DNA of 64,000 bases from positions 64,001 through 128,000 of the forward strand of contig JBBRLQ010000004.1 of the NCBI GenBank assembly GCA_038231275.1, given 5' to 3'. This document shows, one piece after another, positions 59,498-64,000 of the stretch. The notes below the pieces were generated by a model. The model saw only the letters and a program-made list of their open reading frames with translations. It was not told where the DNA came from and ran no database searches. The position numbers and the translations under genes were made by a program. The stretch comes from Polyangiales bacterium (lineage in GTDB: Bacteria; Myxococcota_A; Polyangia; Polyangiales; Polyangiaceae). Position 1 is the first letter of the stretch; each line of letters starts with the position of its first letter.

Positions 59498-61513
59498 TTA
59501 CGGGAGCGTCTTGTACTCGAGGGTGAACTGCCCCTCGTTGCCTCCGGCGTGGCCGTCGACGATCACGAAGTAGGTGCCGGGATCGAGCGTCGTGTCGATG
59601 CGCGAGTGGTGCGTGTCGTCCGTGTCATTGTTGCAAGCGGCCTCCGCGTTGCGCACACCGCTCCCGCCCGACGTCTCCAAGCACGCCTTGCGGAGCGCGA
59701 GGACGCCGTCCCACGCCGGCGTCGCGAGCGCGAGGCGCACGTGCGTACGCTTCGCCAAGACCAGTCGAAAGGCGCGGTCCGGGCTCGTCTGCGTGTCCTC
59801 GCGCCCGCCGCACGACGTCGTGAATTTGTCGCCCGCACCCGTCGTCGTCGCCGAGGTCGTCTGACCGGCGACGAGCAGCGGCGCCGTGCGGCACGCGCCC
59901 TCCTGCGTCGCGACCTCGCGCACGCGAAAGTCGAACGTGAAGCGACCGAGCGCTCCCTCGCGCGCGCCGTCCACCGCGATGAAGTAGGTCCCCGGGGCGA
60001 GGAGCTCGTCGACCGCGGCGCCGCACGCGAGCTCGCTCGCGCGATCGCCGCACGCGCGCGTGAGGACGAAGACGTGACGGCCCTCCTGGCGAGTGAAGCG
60101 CGCGCTCACGCGTGAGCGGCGCGGGATCTCGACTTTGTAGACGACGTCGGCAGCGCCCGTGCCACCGCATTTTCCGGCGAAGTCGTCGCGCGCGAGGAAC
60201 GTGTCGCCGGCCGCCGCGCGCTCGCCCGCGGCGGAGAGCGGCAGCGCGTCGGCGCACGCGTCGCCCGGCGCCACGCTGCCTTGCTCGGGCGCGAGCTCCG
60301 CCGACAAGGTGTAGCGCCCCGCCGCGTCGCGCTCGTTCGAGTCGGCGAACACTGCGTAGTGCCCAGCGTCGAGGACGCCGACGAACGCCGCGTCGTCGTC
60401 GGTCGCCCCGGTGTTGGCGCAGCCGACCTCGCTCGACTCGTCCGCGCACGCGCGACGCACATGGACCACGGGCGCGAAATCGTCGGAGTGAAGGCCGAGG
60501 CGCACGCGCGCGCGCTGCGCGATGTCGAGGCGGTACGTCGCGTCGGGTCCCTTGGCGGCGTCGCCGCAGCTCGCGTGGGCGAAGTCGAACGACGCCGCGG
60601 TGGTCCCTTGCGTGGGCACGCCGCTCAGGAGCGCGCGCGACCTCTGGCACACCTCGGCGATCGTCGGCGTGTCGGCGAGCGCGACCGTCATGTGGAACGC
60701 GCCGCTCTCGCTCGCGTAGCCGTCGACGAAGACGTAGTAGGTTCCGGGATCGAGGACCTCGTCGACCCTCGATTTTCTCTGATGGCCCACGTCGTCGTTG
60801 CACGCCACCTCTGCCTCGGCGTCGGCGCAGTCGTCCTTTCGCACGTAAAGCACCGCGTCGAAGCGCGGATCGACCTCGATCGTGACGCGCTGGCGTGAGG
60901 GCAGATCGAGCTTGTAGATCAGCTCGCGCGATCCGCTGCTGGCGCACGAACCTTCGTGCTCGCTCTCGCCGTGCGCCGTCGACGCGTTGAGCGCGCCCGC
61001 GACCAGCGGAATCGGAGACTCGCACGTGCCGTGCGCCGTGGCGGCCGTCACAGTGGCGGGACCGGGCGCGGTCGAAGGGCCGGTGCCCGTCCCGCCCGTC
61101 CACGTGCCCGCGAGGAACTCTCCCGTCCCCTCGGCCATGCGCACGACGAGGACGTACGCGCCGGGGCGATCGACGCACGCGCGGACCACCGCCTGCGCAT
61201 CCTTCGTCGTGTCGTGGGCGACGGGCTTGCCGTCGGGATCGAGGAGCGTCGCGTCGAGATCGGCGACGCCCGCTCCCCCGAGGGCGACGATCGTAGTGCA
61301 CTGCGCGGCGAGCTCGATCGGGAGGCGCGCCTCGCGGCCGGCGGCAAGCGATCCGCGCTGGACGGGGCCCACTTGCGCGAGGCCCATCGCGGCGAGCGCG
61401 TTGTGCACGGCGACGTAGCGCGGCTCGATCTCGGCGCCGCGCGTCGAGGCGCACGCGGCGACGGAGAGGAGCGCGAAGCCGACGGCGGCGCGGCGAGGCC
61501 ACGGGGAGCGCAT
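59498..61513 (-). CDS. Lipoprotein with tandem PPC-like (pre-peptidase C-terminal) Cys-containing domains, 671 aa
   Basis: Lipobox VAAC; one N-terminal PPC-like domain, then four repeats C...L...G.T.....C.....D.VY...C...E.AC.....L.PG.Y.V.VDG. Confidence 0.8.
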   Translation of the reverse strand: MRSPWPRRAAVGFALLSVAACASTRGAEIEPRYVAVHNALAAMGLAQVGPVQRGSLAAGREARLPIELAAQCTTIVALGGAGVADLDATLLDPDGKPVAHDTTKDAQAVVRACVDRPGAYVLVVRMAEGTGEFLAGTWTGGTGTGPSTAPGPATVTAATAHGTCESPIPLVAGALNASTAHGESEHEGSCASSGSRELIYKLDLPSRQRVTIEVDPRFDAVLYVRKDDCADAEAEVACNDDVGHQRKSRVDEVLDPGTYYVFVDGYASESGAFHMTVALADTPTIAEVCQRSRALLSGVPTQGTTAASFDFAHASCGDAAKGPDATYRLDIAQRARVRLGLHSDDFAPVVHVRRACADESSEVGCANTGATDDDAAFVGVLDAGHYAVFADSNERDAAGRYTLSAELAPEQGSVAPGDACADALPLSAAGERAAAGDTFLARDDFAGKCGGTGAADVVYKVEIPRRSRVSARFTRQEGRHVFVLTRACGDRASELACGAAVDELLAPGTYFIAVDGAREGALGRFTFDFRVREVATQEGACRTAPLLVAGQTTSATTTGAGDKFTTSCGGREDTQTSPDRAFRLVLAKRTHVRLALATPAWDGVLALRKACLETSGGSGVRNAEAACNNDTDDTHHSRIDTTLDPGTYFVIVDGHAGGNEGQFTLEYKTLP

Positions 61514-61521
61514 CTCTTCGC

Positions 61522-63081
<1,560 letters not shown>

Positions 63082-63127
63082 GGCGACACTTCCTCCTGGG
63101 AGTATCCCACAAAGGAGGCGCCACGGC

Positions 63128-64000
63128 TCAGAACATGCCGGAAACCCCGAACGGGGACAGCCGCCAGCCGGCGGTGGGGCGTGCATCCGCGGACGACCAT
63201 TCGGTAAAGAAGACCCCGACGACCGCCGTGACCACCGCCAGCCCGGCCGTCGCGCCGAGGAGGATGTTGGTCCGGAGCTGGGCCTGGAGGCCACGCTGGT
63301 AGGTCGGGCAGCTCTCGCCTAGGCCTGCGCACTCGCGACGGACGGCGTCGGCGCCAGGGTTGTTCTTCGCGTCGATGCCCGACACGACGGTCGCACCCGC
63401 GCCGACCGCGGTGAGCCCCCCCATGACCACGAAGACGACGGGCCCGAACGGCTTTCCCCCCGTGGTCTTCGGGGGCGGCGGCGTGGCACGGACGGCCTCC
63501 TCGGGAGGCTTCACGGAAAGCTCCGACTTTCCGCCGGCTTTTGCGTCGACCTTAATCTGCCGCGTCCGGGTGCCGAAGCTGACGGCGAGCTCGTGCGCGC
63601 CGGGATCCAGGAAGATGCGCTGGGTCCGCGCGTCCACGAGGGAAACCGCGCGGCCGTCGGCGGCGACGGCGCATTTGGGATCGCAGACGACGACGACGGC
63701 GTGCGCCTTCGCGCTCGTCTCGGCGAGGACCTCGTTCGCGAGCTGCACCGTAGGCGCGTCCGACGCATAGTGGTCGAGCGCCAGCTGGGCGAGGGTTCCC
63801 GCGCGCGCGAACTGCCGCGCGGCCCTCCGCGCACGGATCGCGTTGCGAAGCGCCTCGGCGCGCGGCGCGTCGATGAACGCGTTTTCGAAATGGACCGCCG
63901 CCGGCTCGAACTTGTTCTCGAGGAACAGACGACGCCCCTCGTCGAACTCGCGCGCGGCGGCGCGGAGCGTCTCGGCGTTGTCTTCGGCGCAGGCGTCCTT
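63128..64000 (-). CDS. TPR + PEGA-like domain membrane protein, 5' end beyond the window
   Basis: The frame stays open to the window end: AAREFDEGRRLF....AAVHFENA (TPR-like), LDPGAHELAV (PEGA-like), two C-terminal hydrophobic segments flanking a Cys pair, ends GVSGMF. Confidence 0.78.
   Translation of the reverse strand, partial: KDACAEDNAETLRAAAREFDEGRRLFLENKFEPAAVHFENAFIDAPRAEALRNAIRARRAARQFARAGTLAQLALDHYASDAPTVQLANEVLAETSAKAHAVVVVCDPKCAVAADGRAVSLVDARTQRIFLDPGAHELAVSFGTRTRQIKVDAKAGGKSELSVKPPEEAVRATPPPPKTTGGKPFGPVVFVVMGGLTAVGAGATVVSGIDAKNNPGADAVRRECAGLGESCPTYQRGLQAQLRTNILLGATAGLAVVTAVVGVFFTEWSSADARPTAGWRLSPFGVSGMF

Overview
GC-rich, densely coding bacterial chromosomal window. The gene content suggests a myxobacterium, probably Polyangiaceae/Labilithrix-like: an AgmX/PglI-type protein, many Cys-rich and Asp-Ala/Gly-rich lipoproteins, Hanks kinases, ECF sigmas and a DnaK paralogue. 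This taxonomy is inference. Housekeeping genes: topoisomerase IV-like parC-parE, gyrA-nth, bamA, meaB, queG, a tRNA m6A methyltransferase, rpsP-khpA-rimM-trmD-SPOUT MTase, an M16 peptidase pair, an LpxL-type acyltransferase, dnaK, two TolC proteins, a REC-GGDEF protein and mutY. I found no rRNA, tRNA, CRISPR array, transposase, integrase or phage genes. Leading observations: (1) a J-protein/DnaK locus bracketed by two copies of the same winged-helix-like module and followed by a TPR protein with a TFIIB/cyclin-like C-terminus; (2) a mirror-image pair of ECF-type promoters between an ECF/anti-sigma/DUF4097 operon and a second DUF4097 gene; (3) a ClpX-zinc-finger-HTH regulator with two palindromic boxes over its promoter; (4) a pilin gene coupled to a sensor-less kinase-nSTAND1 NTPase; (5) a recurrent D-[AGST]-[GA] motif in exported linkers; (6) single-base hits in invariant motifs (Nth, DnaK, ParC, one kinase start) that may be assembly errors. 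All product calls come from recognising motifs by eye, not from database searches.
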